64,000 bases of DNA from Anaerolineae bacterium (GTDB lineage Bacteria; Chloroflexota; Anaerolineae; UBA4142). The stretch spans positions 342 through 64,341 of the forward strand of contig DAOTXS010000024.1 in NCBI GenBank assembly GCA_034435055.1. The letters run 5' to 3'. Each line of letters opens with the position of its first letter. The first letter of the stretch is position 1. Positions 1 through 9,979 of the stretch are shown here, piece by piece. Under the pieces are notes generated by a model. That model ran no database searches. It was not told where the DNA came from and was given only the letters and a program-made list of their open reading frames with translations. Made by a program: the position numbers and the translations under genes.

Positions 1-1
1 C

Positions 2-397
2 GCGCGCACTGTGTTTGGCGAGATTCGCCGCATTCAAAATATGCGCCCCGATGAGTTGATGCACGTTGCCAAAGAAATGGGCGCGCCGTTCGACTTGGTG
101 AAAGAGGTTGCGAAACTGGGACGTTTGCCGGTCGTGAACTTTGCGGCGGGCGGCATCGCTACGCCGGCGGATGCCGCGTTGATGATGCAACTCGGCGTCG
201 ATGGTGTGTTTGTCGGCTCGGGGATTTTCAAATCCAGCAACCCGGCAAAACGCGCGAAAGCGATTGTCGAAGCAACGACGCATTTCAACGACCCGGCGAT
301 TATCGCCAAAGTGTCGCGCGGGTTGGGCGATCCAATGTCCGGGCTTGCCGCGCGCGCGATTCCAGAAAAAGAGCAACTCGCGGTGCGTGGGTGGTAA
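2..397 (+). CDS. pdxS: Pyridoxal 5'-phosphate synthase lyase subunit (5'-truncated by window edge)
   Basis: [35 protein letters not shown] is the PdxS C-terminal signature; directly upstream of pdxT. Confidence 0.97.
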   Translation, partial: ARTVFGEIRRIQNMRPDELMHVAKEMGAPFDLVKEVAKLGRLPVVNFAAGGIATPADAALMMQLGVDGVFVGSGIFKSSNPAKRAKAIVEATTHFNDPAIIAKVSRGLGDPMSGLAARAIPEKEQLAVRGW

Positions 398-433
398 TCG
401 TTGGAACGTTCAAATGTTTGAACGATGAAGCAA

Positions 434-1021
434 ATGAAAATTGGGGTCCTCGCGCTTCAAGGCGCGTTCATCGAACATATCAAGATTCTGGAATCGCTCG
501 GTGTACAAGCGGTCGAGGTGCGCAAAGCGGAACAGTTGCGCGACCTGGATGGCTTGATTATTCCCGGCGGTGAAAGCACCACCTTCGGCAAACTTGCCGC
601 CGAATTTGATTTGATCGAGCCGTTGCGAAAATTCTGCAAGACCGGCAAACCGGTGTGGGGCACGTGCGCCGGGATGATTTTTTTGGCAAAAGATGTCGGA
701 CGCAAACAGCCGGTCATCGGCTTGATGGATGTGCGCGTCAAGCGTAACGCGTTTGGTCGGCAAGTCGATAGTTTTGAAACTGATCTCGACATCCCGGTAT
801 TGGGTAAACAACCCTTTCACGCGATTTTTATTCGCGCGCCGTTGATCGAAAGCGTCGGCAGAAATGTCGAGGTGTTGGCGAAGTTGGCTGACGGAACGAT
901 TGTCGCCGCGCGGCAAGAGAATTTGCTTGCGACTTCGTTTCACCCGGAACTGACGAACGACAGCCGGTTTCATCGATACGTGATCGAACACTTGGGGAAA
1001 AAAGGAAGAGGGTATCCATGA
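434..1021 (+). CDS. pdxT: PLP synthase glutaminase subunit
   Basis: [23 protein letters not shown] (catalytic Cys), FHPE (His-Glu); alternative start 425. Confidence 0.97.
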   Translation: MKIGVLALQGAFIEHIKILESLGVQAVEVRKAEQLRDLDGLIIPGGESTTFGKLAAEFDLIEPLRKFCKTGKPVWGTCAGMIFLAKDVGRKQPVIGLMDVRVKRNAFGRQVDSFETDLDIPVLGKQPFHAIFIRAPLIESVGRNVEVLAKLADGTIVAARQENLLATSFHPELTNDSRFHRYVIEHLGKKGRGYP

Positions 1022-1377
1022 ATATCGAGCTCACGCAAGAAATCGCCCGCGCGCCGGTGACGGTGATGCGGATGAACGGGCGCATCAATTTGAGCAACGC
1101 CGAGGAAATACAAAAGGCGGCGCAAACCGCGTATGCAAAAGGTGCGCGCAATCTGCTCATCGATTTGGCGCAAGTCGAATCGATCACGAGCGCTGGCTTG
1201 CGCGCGATTCTGGCTACGGTCAAGTTGTTCGGCGGCGAAACGACCGGCGGCAAGCAATCGCCGCACGTCAAACTTTTGCAACCGAACGAATCGGTGCGGC
1301 AGGTGCTCAAGATTGCCGGCCTTGTCGATTTCATAGAGATTTACGACGACCGCGCGCGCGCCATAGCGTCGTTTTGA
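1018..1377 (+). CDS. STAS-domain anti-sigma factor antagonist
   Basis: 119 aa; [20 protein letters not shown] motif; ATG overlaps pdxT stop. Confidence 0.88.
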   Translation: MNIELTQEIARAPVTVMRMNGRINLSNAEEIQKAAQTAYAKGARNLLIDLAQVESITSAGLRAILATVKLFGGETTGGKQSPHVKLLQPNESVRQVLKIAGLVDFIEIYDDRARAIASF

Positions 1378-1390
1378 AAATGGGGCAATA

Positions 1391-1429
1391 AAAAATTTGG
1401 CGCAGGAATCACACTCCTGCGCCAATTTT
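1391..1429. terminator. Bidirectional intrinsic terminator
   Basis: TTGGCGCAGGA (1397-1407)/TCCTGCGCCAA (1415-1425) stem flanked by A-run and T-run, between convergent genes. Confidence 0.8.
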
Positions 1430-1431
1430 GT

Positions 1432-1959
1432 TTACGGGCTGGGGATGCGGGGACCGGATTTGCCGATGTATTTGATGCGCGCCGAGTTCACCATGATCGC
1501 ATCTTGTTCGATGATGTACTTGCGATTGGATTCCAACATAACAACTGCTTTGGTGATCGGCAGAAAGGTGTGTTCAGGCACGGTTAGCACGCGCCGCAAA
1601 TCCAGATCGCCGGCGGTGTGCAGTGTGCCGCGCACTTCCATTCCCTCCATCACCAGAAAAACATCGTGCGCTTCTTTTTTGACATACCCCGAAAATCGAT
1701 GTCCGGGCGGAATAGCAGTTTGCGGTGGTTCAAAAGCCGCCACCACCCACAACTTGGGCACCACTGCCGCGGGATGTTTTTGCAAAATCTTACCCGGCTC
1801 ATCCAACCGCGCGACGGAAGCATCGAGCAAACTTACCGCGGTCTCGCGCCGATCATTCAGAAAATCGGACAAGCGTTGCCCGCGAAATAACAATTCACCG
1901 GCAATCGAATGATTTGCCGTCAACAGAACCACACTGTATCGAACTCGCTCTTCAGCCAT
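1432..1959 (-). CDS. Hypothetical cytoplasmic protein
   Basis: Open frame from ATG 1959 (MAEERVRYSVVLLT..); beta-rich, two loosely similar halves; divergent from sufC. Confidence 0.7.
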   Translation of the reverse strand: MAEERVRYSVVLLTANHSIAGELLFRGQRLSDFLNDRRETAVSLLDASVARLDEPGKILQKHPAAVVPKLWVVAAFEPPQTAIPPGHRFSGYVKKEAHDVFLVMEGMEVRGTLHTAGDLDLRRVLTVPEHTFLPITKAVVMLESNRKYIIEQDAIMVNSARIKYIGKSGPRIPSP

Positions 1960-2087
1960 TGGGCATATTCTATGTCCACCGCGCCTGATTGTCAATTAAC
2001 CGATAGTCCTCCGCTTGTCCATCTCTGGCTTGGAATTCTAACCATTTCTTTATCGGTAATTTCGTATTCTTATACCGCTTTTACAGT

Positions 2088-2116
2088 TTGCAAATAGAAT
2101 GGTCTTGGTTTAAGAT
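2088..2116 (+). promoter_or_regulatory. Putative sigma70-type promoter of suf operon
   Basis: TTGCAA (2088-2093) - 17 nt - TAAGAT (2111-2116). Confidence 0.55.
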
Positions 2117-2129
2117 ATGTGTGCAAAAT

Positions 2130-2148
2130 ATCACGTAGCTTACGTGAT
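2130..2148. promoter_or_regulatory. Putative operator palindrome
   Basis: ATCACGTA-GCT-TACGTGAT, perfect 8-bp inverted repeat between promoter and sufC RBS. Confidence 0.55.
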
Positions 2149-2178
2149 TGACAATTCTTTTAGGAGAAGCAGAACGAC

Positions 2179-2946
2179 ATGACGGCTCATCTTGAAATCC
2201 GCGACCTCCACGTTTCCGTTGAAGGCAAAGAAATTATCAAGGGCATCGATCTGAAAATCAATCGAGGCGAAATTCACGCGATTATGGGACCGAACGGTTC
2301 TGGCAAATCAACACTCGCCAACACGATTGCCGGGCATCCCAAGTACGAAATCACGCAGGGCGATATTCTGTACAAAGGTGAAAGTATTCTAGAGTGGGGA
2401 GCCGACGAACGCGCGCAAAAAGGAATTTTTCTCGCGTTCCAGTATCCAATGGCGATTCCTGGCGTAACGGTTGCCAACTTTCTCCGCACGGCACTCAACT
2501 CCAAACGCAAAGCGACCGGCACGAACGGCGATTCTAAAGCGATCAGTATTCCAGAATTCCGCAAATTGATGCGCGAAAAAATGGCGTTGTTGAAACTCGA
2601 AGATGCTTTTGCAACCCGCTACATCAACGATGGTTTTTCTGGCGGCGAGAAAAAACGCGTCGAGATTTTGCAAATGGCGGTCTTGAATCCGGAACTCGCT
2701 GTGCTCGATGAAACCGATTCCGGGCTCGACATCGACGCCTTGCGCATCGTCTCCGAAGGCGTGAATGCGATTGCCGGACCCAACATCGGCGTCTTGATGA
2801 TCACGCACTATCAACGGATTCTGAATTATATCAAACCACAGTTTATCCACGTTTTGGTAAATGGTCAGGTAGCCATGTCCGGCGGGCCGGAACTGGCGTT
2901 GCAATTGGAAGAAAAAGGGTACGATTGGCTCAAAGAGACAGTTTGA
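2179..2946 (+). CDS. sufC: Fe-S cluster assembly ATPase
   Basis: GPNGSGKST Walker [29 protein letters not shown]. Confidence 0.97.
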   Translation: MTAHLEIRDLHVSVEGKEIIKGIDLKINRGEIHAIMGPNGSGKSTLANTIAGHPKYEITQGDILYKGESILEWGADERAQKGIFLAFQYPMAIPGVTVANFLRTALNSKRKATGTNGDSKAISIPEFRKLMREKMALLKLEDAFATRYINDGFSGGEKKRVEILQMAVLNPELAVLDETDSGLDIDALRIVSEGVNAIAGPNIGVLMITHYQRILNYIKPQFIHVLVNGQVAMSGGPELALQLEEKGYDWLKETV

Positions 2947-2978
2947 CGTTTCAACGTTAAACGGTGACAGGAGTTAGC

Positions 2979-4403
2979 ATGGCTGAATTCGATAAAAAAT
3001 CATTCGACATCGGCTCGTCGAGTTCGTTCTACAAAGAGAAATACGGATTTTACGATCCGGAAAAATACGTGTTCAAAGCGAAAAAGGGTTTGAACCGCGA
3101 AATCGTCGAAGAGATTTCGTGGATGAAAAACGAGCCGGATTGGATGCGGCAATTCCGTCTCCGCTCGCTCGAACTGTTCGAGAAAAAACCGATGCCGCAG
3201 TGGGGCGCGAATCTCAACGACATTGACTTTGACGACATTTACTATTTCTTGCGCGCAACCGATAAATCGGAACGCTCGTGGGATGAGGTCCCGGAAGACA
3301 TCAAGAACACGTTTGATCGGCTCGGTATTCCAGAAGCGGAAAAGAAATTCCTCGCCGGCGTTGGCGCGCAGTACGAATCCGAAGTCGTCTATCACAACAT
3401 CCAAGAGCATCTCAAGAAGCAAGGCGTCATCTTCCTGGGAATGGATCAAGCGCTCGCCGAACATCCCGACTTGGTCAAAAAATATTTCGGCACAGTGATT
3501 CCACCCGCCGACAACAAATTCGCGTCGTTGAACAGCGCGGTGTGGTCGGGTGGCTCGTTCATTTACGTCCCGCCGGGCATCCACGTCGAGATGCCGTTGC
3601 AAGCATATTTCCGTATCAACGCGCGTAACATGGGACAGTTTGAGCGCACGTTGATTATTGCGGATGAAGGATCGTATGTGCACTATGTCGAAGGATGCAC
3701 CGCGCCCACTTACTCTAGCGATTCACTTCACAGCGCGGTTGTCGAAATCATCGTCAATAAAGGTGCGCGCGTGCGTTATACCACAATTCAAAATTGGTCG
3801 TCGAATGTGTACAACCTGGTAACCAAGCGCGCGGTTGCGTACGAAGATGCCACAATGGAATGGGTCGATTGCAACCTGGGTTCCAAGACGACGATGAAAT
3901 ATCCGGCGGTGTATATGATGGGCAAAGGCGCGCACGGCGAAATCTTGTCCGTCGCGTTTGCCGGCAAAGGTCAGCACCAAGACGCCGGCGGCAAAGTCGT
4001 TCACGCCGCGCCGTACACTTCGTCGCTTGTCACATCGAAATCGATTAGCAAGGACGGCGGGCGCACCTCGTATCGTGGTTTGCTCAAAGTGTACCCGGGA
4101 TGCGAAGGGGTGAAATCGAATGTGCGTTGCGACGCGCTCTTGCTCGATGAAGATTCGCGCTCGGACACGTACCCGTACATCGAAGTGGATGAAGACAACG
4201 TGCAAATCGGGCATGAAGCAAGCGTGTCGAAAATCGGCGAAGAGCAACTCTTCTATTTGATGTCGCGCGGCTTGAGCGAAGCGGAAGCCGCGACGATGAT
4301 CGTCAGCGGTTTCATCGAACCCATCGTCAAGGAATTACCAATGGAATTCGCGGTCGAGATGAATCGGTTGATTCAATTGCAAATGGAAGGTTCAGTCGGC
4401 TAA
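2979..4403 (+). CDS. sufB: Fe-S cluster assembly protein SufB
   Basis: [36 protein letters not shown]; AGGAG RBS before ATG 2979. Confidence 0.97.
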   Translation: MAEFDKKSFDIGSSSSFYKEKYGFYDPEKYVFKAKKGLNREIVEEISWMKNEPDWMRQFRLRSLELFEKKPMPQWGANLNDIDFDDIYYFLRATDKSERSWDEVPEDIKNTFDRLGIPEAEKKFLAGVGAQYESEVVYHNIQEHLKKQGVIFLGMDQALAEHPDLVKKYFGTVIPPADNKFASLNSAVWSGGSFIYVPPGIHVEMPLQAYFRINARNMGQFERTLIIADEGSYVHYVEGCTAPTYSSDSLHSAVVEIIVNKGARVRYTTIQNWSSNVYNLVTKRAVAYEDATMEWVDCNLGSKTTMKYPAVYMMGKGAHGEILSVAFAGKGQHQDAGGKVVHAAPYTSSLVTSKSISKDGGRTSYRGLLKVYPGCEGVKSNVRCDALLLDEDSRSDTYPYIEVDEDNVQIGHEASVSKIGEEQLFYLMSRGLSEAEAATMIVSGFIEPIVKELPMEFAVEMNRLIQLQMEGSVG

Positions 4404-4426
4404 AACGTTTGGAGTACAACAACACA

Positions 4427-5845
4427 ATGGCAAACAATGTGGCAACCTTGAAATTGGAAACCGGGTTTTCAAAGAACGCCATCGAAGCATTATCGAAATT
4501 CAAGCACGAACCGGATTGGGTGCGCGCGCGGCGGTTGGAAGCGTGGCACTTGTACGAAGAGACGCCAATGCCGGCGTCGAACGACGAATTGTGGCGGCGC
4601 ACGTCGGTCAAGGATTTGAAATTTGACAACGTGGTTCCATTTGCGCCGAACGAAAGCGTAAACGCGCTCGAGGTTTTGCCGGCGAAATTCAAACAAATTG
4701 CCAACGATGCAAATGCCGGCGGCGTGTTGGTGCAATACAATTCTGCCGGCGCGCACACGCGTCTCGCCGAGTCGCTCAAAAAGCGTGGTGTGATCTTTTG
4801 TGACCTGGATACTGCGATCCGCGAGCACCCGGAATTGGTCAAGCAATATTTCATGACCCAAGCAGTTACCTACACGGAAAATCGGTACGCCAGCGCCAAG
4901 CCATCCACAAGTTCCAGCGGGAAACACGAAGGCGGCGGGTACGGCGATACGATTGGCGATTTGAAATTCGCGGCGCTGCACGGCGCATTTTTTAGCGGCG
5001 GGACATTTTTGTACGTGCCGCGCGGCGTGATGATTGACGTGCCCTTGCAATCGCTCACGTATTTTAATTCGCCGGACTTGGCGATGTTCACGCACACGCT
5101 CGTCGTCGTGGAAGAAGGCGCGGCGGTCACGCTGATCGAGAATTACGCGTCGAAGGAAAACGTTGCGCGCCGATTCTCGAGCGGCGCGGTGGAATTGATT
5201 CTCAAGCCGGGCGCGCAGCTGCAATATTTTCATTTGCAAGATTTCGCGCGCGACGTGTGGCACTTTACTTCGCAGACGGCGTTGCTCGAACGCGATGCGT
5301 CGCTCACGTGGCTCAACGGCACCCTCGGCAGTCAATCGACCAAAGCATTTCTCGATTGCAAGTTTTTAGGCGCGGGCGCAAATGCAAAACTGCTCGGCTT
5401 TTTCTTCGGCGATGACAAACAGCATTTCGATCAGCACACGTTCCAAAATCACATCGTCGGTCACACCGAAAGCGATTTGCTCTACAAAGGTGCGTTGAAA
5501 GACACGGCCTATTCCGCGTTTCGTGGTTTGATTCGCGTCAACCCGGCGGCGCAACGTTCCGATGCGTACCAAGCCAATCGGAATATTTTACTCAGTCCCA
5601 AAGCGCACGCGGATTCGATTCCGGAATTGGAAATCGAAGCGAACGACGTGCGCTGCACGCACGGCGCGACGGTTGGGCCCATAGATCCCGAGCAAATCTT
5701 TTATTTGCAGACGCGCGGCATTCCCAAAGTTGAAGCGGAAAAAGTCATCGTCGAAGGATTCTTTGATCCGCTCATGCAAAAAATTCCGCTTGAATCGATT
5801 CGCGACGAATTGGCGCAAGCGATTCAAAGCAAAATTGGCGTCTAG
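4427..5845 (+). CDS. sufD: Fe-S cluster assembly protein SufD
   Basis: SufB paralog; PELEIEANDVRCTHGATVGPID..FYLQTRGI; follows sufB. Confidence 0.93.
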   Translation: MANNVATLKLETGFSKNAIEALSKFKHEPDWVRARRLEAWHLYEETPMPASNDELWRRTSVKDLKFDNVVPFAPNESVNALEVLPAKFKQIANDANAGGVLVQYNSAGAHTRLAESLKKRGVIFCDLDTAIREHPELVKQYFMTQAVTYTENRYASAKPSTSSSGKHEGGGYGDTIGDLKFAALHGAFFSGGTFLYVPRGVMIDVPLQSLTYFNSPDLAMFTHTLVVVEEGAAVTLIENYASKENVARRFSSGAVELILKPGAQLQYFHLQDFARDVWHFTSQTALLERDASLTWLNGTLGSQSTKAFLDCKFLGAGANAKLLGFFFGDDKQHFDQHTFQNHIVGHTESDLLYKGALKDTAYSAFRGLIRVNPAAQRSDAYQANRNILLSPKAHADSIPELEIEANDVRCTHGATVGPIDPEQIFYLQTRGIPKVEAEKVIVEGFFDPLMQKIPLESIRDELAQAIQSKIGV

Positions 5846-5927
5846 TGTTTTTGAGGAGGAGCGCGAGGGGTAGGAAATTTTCGCCTCCTCTCTTTGTCTC
5901 CTCCCGTTTTAGAAAGGATGGCTCGCG

Positions 5928-6770
5928 ATGAGTCAATATGCACATCCCGAAGTGTTGGTCGAAACCGACTGGGTCGCCCAACACTTGAACGATAAACATC
6001 TCCGGATTGTGGAATCGGACGAAGACATTTTGCTGTACGAGGTTGGACACATTCCCGGTGCGGTCAAGATCGATTGGCACGTCGATTTGCAGGACACGCT
6101 CGTGCGCGATTACATCAACAAACGTGGTTTTGAAACATTGCTCTCGAATCACGGCATTGCGAACGACACGACGGTTGTGTTCTACGGCGATAAAAATAAC
6201 TGGTGGGCGTGTTATGCGTTTTGGGTCTTTAAATTGTTCGGTCACGAAAAATGCTTGATTATGAACGGCGGTCGCCAAAAGTGGATTGCGGAAAATCGGC
6301 CGATGTCAAAAGATGTGCCAAGTTACCCGCGCACAAATTATGTGGCGAAAGAGCGCGACGACAAAAAGATTCGCGCGTTCCGCGACGATGTGATGAAACA
6401 CATCGGCAGCCGTAACCCGCTCGTCGATGTGCGGTCACCGCAAGAATACAGCGGCGAATTGTTGCATATGCCGGGTTATCCGCAGGAAGGCGCGTTGCGC
6501 GGCGGTCACATTCCCGGCGCCAAGAGCATTCCTTGGGCAAAAGCGGTGCGCGAAGACGGCACGTTCAAACCGGCAGACGAGTTGAAAGCGCTGTACGAAC
6601 CGCAAGGCATCACCGCCGATAAAGATGTGATTGCGTACTGCCGCATCGGCGAACGGTCGAGCCACACGTGGTTCGTGCTGACGTACTTGCTGGGCTATCC
6701 TCAAGTGCGCAATTACGATGGCTCGTGGACGGAGTGGGGCAATCTTGTCGGCGCGCCAATCGAGAAATAA
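5928..6770 (+). CDS. Tandem-domain rhodanese / thiosulfate sulfurtransferase
   Basis: GHIPGA in both domains, active-site [10 protein letters not shown]-terminal YDGSWTEWG. Confidence 0.95.
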   Translation: MSQYAHPEVLVETDWVAQHLNDKHLRIVESDEDILLYEVGHIPGAVKIDWHVDLQDTLVRDYINKRGFETLLSNHGIANDTTVVFYGDKNNWWACYAFWVFKLFGHEKCLIMNGGRQKWIAENRPMSKDVPSYPRTNYVAKERDDKKIRAFRDDVMKHIGSRNPLVDVRSPQEYSGELLHMPGYPQEGALRGGHIPGAKSIPWAKAVREDGTFKPADELKALYEPQGITADKDVIAYCRIGERSSHTWFVLTYLLGYPQVRNYDGSWTEWGNLVGAPIEK

Positions 6771-6805
6771 TAAAGTTCAAAAATCACAACCTGAAACCTG
6801 CAACG

Positions 6806-7246
6806 ATGAATCGAAACGAATATATCGAATTCATTCTCGATCACTTTAACAATCCGCGCCATCAAGGCGTAATCGATGATCCCGATATTTTGGTGAACGG
6901 GGGCAACCCGGGCTGCGGTGATGTCGTCACGATGTACGTCAAAGTCGATAGCGAGAATCGCGTGGTCGATGTAAAATTCGAGGGGAGGGGTTGCACGATC
7001 AGCATGGCTGGCGCATCGCTCATTACGGAAATGGTTATCGGCAAAACGCTCAAAGAAATCGAAGAAATGCCGTACGCGCCGTTAATTGACCAAATGGGCG
7101 AAGATGTGGTAAAATCGCGACTGCGATGCGCGACACTGGGGATCGATACGCTCAAAGGCGGCGCGCGGGAATATCCTAGCCGCCAAGCCCTGGGGCAAAA
7201 ATTGATCCAGCCCATCGTGCTCGCGCACACGCTACCAACCGATTAA
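6806..7246 (+). CDS. sufU: SufU/IscU-family (NifU_N) scaffold or sulfur acceptor
   Basis: ILDHFNNPR, NPGCGD, GCTIS, RLRCATL (three Cys). Confidence 0.9.
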   Translation: MNRNEYIEFILDHFNNPRHQGVIDDPDILVNGGNPGCGDVVTMYVKVDSENRVVDVKFEGRGCTISMAGASLITEMVIGKTLKEIEEMPYAPLIDQMGEDVVKSRLRCATLGIDTLKGGAREYPSRQALGQKLIQPIVLAHTLPTD

Positions 7247-7280
7247 GCAATCCCAAAATTTTCCTCGAAAGGAGAACACA

Positions 7281-7586
7281 ATGGCGTACGTGATTGCTGA
7301 GCCGTGCATCGGTACCAAAGACACCGCGTGCGTGAACGTCTGTCCCGTGGACTGCATTCACCCGAAGAAAGACGAAAACTTCGAACCGGTGCAACAGCTG
7401 TATATCGATCCAGACACTTGCATCGATTGCGGCGCGTGTGTGCCCGAATGCCCCGTGAGTGCGATCTTCCCCGAACCCGATTTGAAGGACGAGTGGAAGT
7501 TCTTCACGGAGAAGAATGCCGATTATTACAAACTCTCAGCCGCCGATTTCGAAGCCAAGTGGAAATCGCCGGGCAAGACCCAGTAA
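7281..7586 (+). CDS. Ferredoxin (7Fe-type, [3Fe-4S]/[4Fe-4S])
   Basis: AYVIAEPCIGTKDTACVNVCPVDCI..CIDCGACVPECPV; GGAG RBS. Confidence 0.93.
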   Translation: MAYVIAEPCIGTKDTACVNVCPVDCIHPKKDENFEPVQQLYIDPDTCIDCGACVPECPVSAIFPEPDLKDEWKFFTEKNADYYKLSAADFEAKWKSPGKTQ

Positions 7587-7610
7587 CGGTATTCGCCTTG
7601 ATGGCATTTT

Positions 7611-7650
7611 GCAACCCCCGTCGGGAATCGTGGACGGGGGTTTGCCTTTT
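7611..7650 (+). terminator. Intrinsic terminator
   Basis: CCCCCGTC/GACGGGGG stem with GCAA/TTGC extension followed by CTTTT. Confidence 0.75.
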
Positions 7651-7685
7651 GCGTGTGGTACGGATAGAATAAGGAAAAGAATAAT

Positions 7686-7746
7686 TCCACGAAGAACTTT
7701 AAGGAACTCTAAAAAATCTTTTGTGATCCTGCGTGTTCTTGGTGGA
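7686..7746. repeat. Intergenic hairpin repeat
   Basis: TCCACGAAGAAC ... GTTCTTGGTGGA (1 mismatch). Confidence 0.6.
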
Positions 7747-7761
7747 TGATATGAGGTTACA

Positions 7762-8100
7762 ATGACCGAATCGAATCTGGCGGGACACAAGCCCGCGCCC
7801 GAATATCCGGAAAATAGTCCGGAAGCGATCATCAAACAAGCACTCCGCACCGTCAAAGACCCGGAGATTGGTTTGGATGTAATTCAACTGGGTCTGATCC
7901 GTGAAATCAATCTCGGTCTCGACGAGCCAGAAATCAAGATGATGTTGACGACGCCGTTCTGCCCGTACGGCGGTTGGCTCATTCAAAGCGTCCGGGATGC
8001 GGCGGAACACGTCGCCGGCAAGAAGATGAAGGTTACCGTGATGCCGGATCTCTGGGATCCCAATTATATGGAAGACCCCGGGTTGCTGATGGGTTGGTAA
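7762..8100 (+). CDS. DUF59 metal-sulfur cluster assembly factor (SufT/PaaD-like)
   Basis: LRTVKDPEIGLDVIQLGLIR, MMLTTPFCP, PDLWDP. Confidence 0.92.
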   Translation: MTESNLAGHKPAPEYPENSPEAIIKQALRTVKDPEIGLDVIQLGLIREINLGLDEPEIKMMLTTPFCPYGGWLIQSVRDAAEHVAGKKMKVTVMPDLWDPNYMEDPGLLMGW

Positions 8101-8991
8101 GTGAATCAATTCGTCAAGCCGATGCAGGCATTTCCCGGCTTGGAATCTTTTGCCCGCACGATCCGTTTGCCCCACGCCGGATTGACGCTTTACATTTACG
8201 ATGCCGGCGACAAGCACGCGTCGCCCATTCTGCTCATTCACGGACTCGGCGATGAGGCGGATACGTGGCGGCATTTGATTCTGCCGCTTGCCGCAACTCA
8301 TCGCGTCATCGCACTCGATTTGCCGGGATTTGGTCGCAGCGACAAGCCGAACGTCGCGTACACGATTCCATTTTTCCAAAACACGCTAATCGAATTGCTC
8401 GACACGCTGGCAATTCAATCTGCGATGCTCGTCGGTCATTCGCTTGGCGCAATTATGGCGCACGCTATCGCATTGAATCACCCGGCACGCGTGAATCGAT
8501 TGGTGTTGGTGGGTGGCGCGCTGGTTGCATCGGTGCAAAAAATCAACCTTGTCGCGTTGTTGTTTCTAATTCCCGGCTTGGGCGAATGGCTCTACAATCG
8601 ATTGCGCAACGATCCGCAAGCCGCGTATCGCACTCTCGCGCCGTACTATCATCGCATCGATGATTTGCCCGAAGCGGATCGTACATTCTTGTTCCAACGC
8701 GTCAACGAACGTGTGTGGAGTGATGAACAGCGCCGCGCGTTTCTCTCGACCTTACGCAATCTCGTGCGTTGGATTCCCGGTCAGCAACGTGATTTACAAT
8801 CGCGCTTGGCATGCTCGTCTGTGCCAACGCTCGCGATCTGGGGGGAGGATGACCAAATCAACGATGCCGAGAATGGTAAAGCGTTGGTCAAACTCCAACC
8901 GACTGCGCGATTGGTGATTGTGCCAAACGCCGGACACAATGTCCACCAAGAAAATCCGGGCGCGGTGTTGGACGCGTTACACACTGAATAG
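8101..8991 (+). CDS. Alpha/beta hydrolase
   Basis: LIHGLG, DLPGFGRS, GHSLG nucleophile elbow, GEDD, AGHNVH. Confidence 0.92.
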   Translation: MNQFVKPMQAFPGLESFARTIRLPHAGLTLYIYDAGDKHASPILLIHGLGDEADTWRHLILPLAATHRVIALDLPGFGRSDKPNVAYTIPFFQNTLIELLDTLAIQSAMLVGHSLGAIMAHAIALNHPARVNRLVLVGGALVASVQKINLVALLFLIPGLGEWLYNRLRNDPQAAYRTLAPYYHRIDDLPEADRTFLFQRVNERVWSDEQRRAFLSTLRNLVRWIPGQQRDLQSRLACSSVPTLAIWGEDDQINDAENGKALVKLQPTARLVIVPNAGHNVHQENPGAVLDALHTE

Positions 8992-8993
8992 TT

Positions 8994-9030
8994 ACAGAGG
9001 TCATAGAGAAAAACTTTCTATGTCCTCGGT
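8994..9030. repeat. Intergenic hairpin repeat
   Basis: ACAGAGGTCATAGA ... TCTATGTCCTCGGT (2 mismatches). Confidence 0.5.
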
Positions 9031-9044
9031 GGCAAAAAATAACC

Positions 9045-9977
9045 ATGTCCAAACGCCGCATCTTGCTCCTTGTATTGTTTATTCTCGCCGCGCTAGTTGT
9101 GATCCCCAACACGCGTTCACTGTACGAGGGCATCTGGTTTTATTTGCGCGATGCCGTGACGTACAATCCGTACGCAAGTATTCCGGTCAACCGCGATGGT
9201 CGTCACGGTTCGCTCTACGATCTCAGCCGGCTTCGCAATGTTGAGCGTTTGCAGTATCTCCACCGTACACTCGATTCGCTAAATCTCTCCGTCACGCCAA
9301 TTGCAATTCCGAATTCATCTTTGCCCAACCTCTTCGTTCGATTTGATAGCGCGGCGCAACCGCTCGTCATTTTTTCCGCGCACTACGACAAACTTTTCGA
9401 CGAGGCAGAATATCAGGGTGCATCGGACAACACGGCAGCGGTGAGTGTTCTGCTCGCGGCAATTGATGAACTGGCGCGGCGCGGCGATGCCGGCAATCGC
9501 GCGTTCCTCTTTACCGGCGAAGAAGAAACCGGTTTGCGCGGCGCGGCGGCGTTCGTCGAGTACGCGCGCGCGAATAAAATAGCGATCCGCGAGATCATCA
9601 GCTTGGACAACCTCGGGCGCGACAAACTGGCCATTCGTCCGTCCGCGCCGATTCCCGGTTTTGTGTTCAACATTCCTTGGCTCGGCGACTTGGTGTTCGA
9701 TGGACGCGAGATTCGTCCCAGTCCGGCGTTTCCGTTGGCAAATTCCCGGCTCACGCAAGCACTCTTGCGCGTGCAACCGGAGATTATCGTCTACGAACGT
9801 TTTACCGCGCTCGGCGATTCGAACGTGTTTCAAGCGAACGGCATCGATACCGTCATGATCAGCGCGAGCAATATGTATTATCTCGAACAAACCTGGCACA
9901 CCTACGCCGACCGCTGGGAATTGATCGACGAGCGCAATCTTGAACGCGCACTCGATTTGATTTTAAATTACCGGTAG
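9045..9977 (+). CDS. M28-family metallopeptidase with N-terminal membrane anchor
   Basis: SAHYD, GASDNTAAV, FTGEEETGLRGA, GDSNVF, WHTYAD. Confidence 0.9.
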   Translation: MSKRRILLLVLFILAALVVIPNTRSLYEGIWFYLRDAVTYNPYASIPVNRDGRHGSLYDLSRLRNVERLQYLHRTLDSLNLSVTPIAIPNSSLPNLFVRFDSAAQPLVIFSAHYDKLFDEAEYQGASDNTAAVSVLLAAIDELARRGDAGNRAFLFTGEEETGLRGAAAFVEYARANKIAIREIISLDNLGRDKLAIRPSAPIPGFVFNIPWLGDLVFDGREIRPSPAFPLANSRLTQALLRVQPEIIVYERFTALGDSNVFQANGIDTVMISASNMYYLEQTWHTYADRWELIDERNLERALDLILNYR

Positions 9978-9979
9978 CT

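Noticed and set aside
5855-5915. Purine/pyrimidine-rich imperfect hairpin after sufD, and a similar one at 43070-43100
   Set aside because: Too degenerate to define as a repeat family or terminator from two copies.
7150-7246. Possible frameshift near the SufU C-terminus
   Set aside because: All three Cys lie upstream and the tail cannot be judged without homologs.
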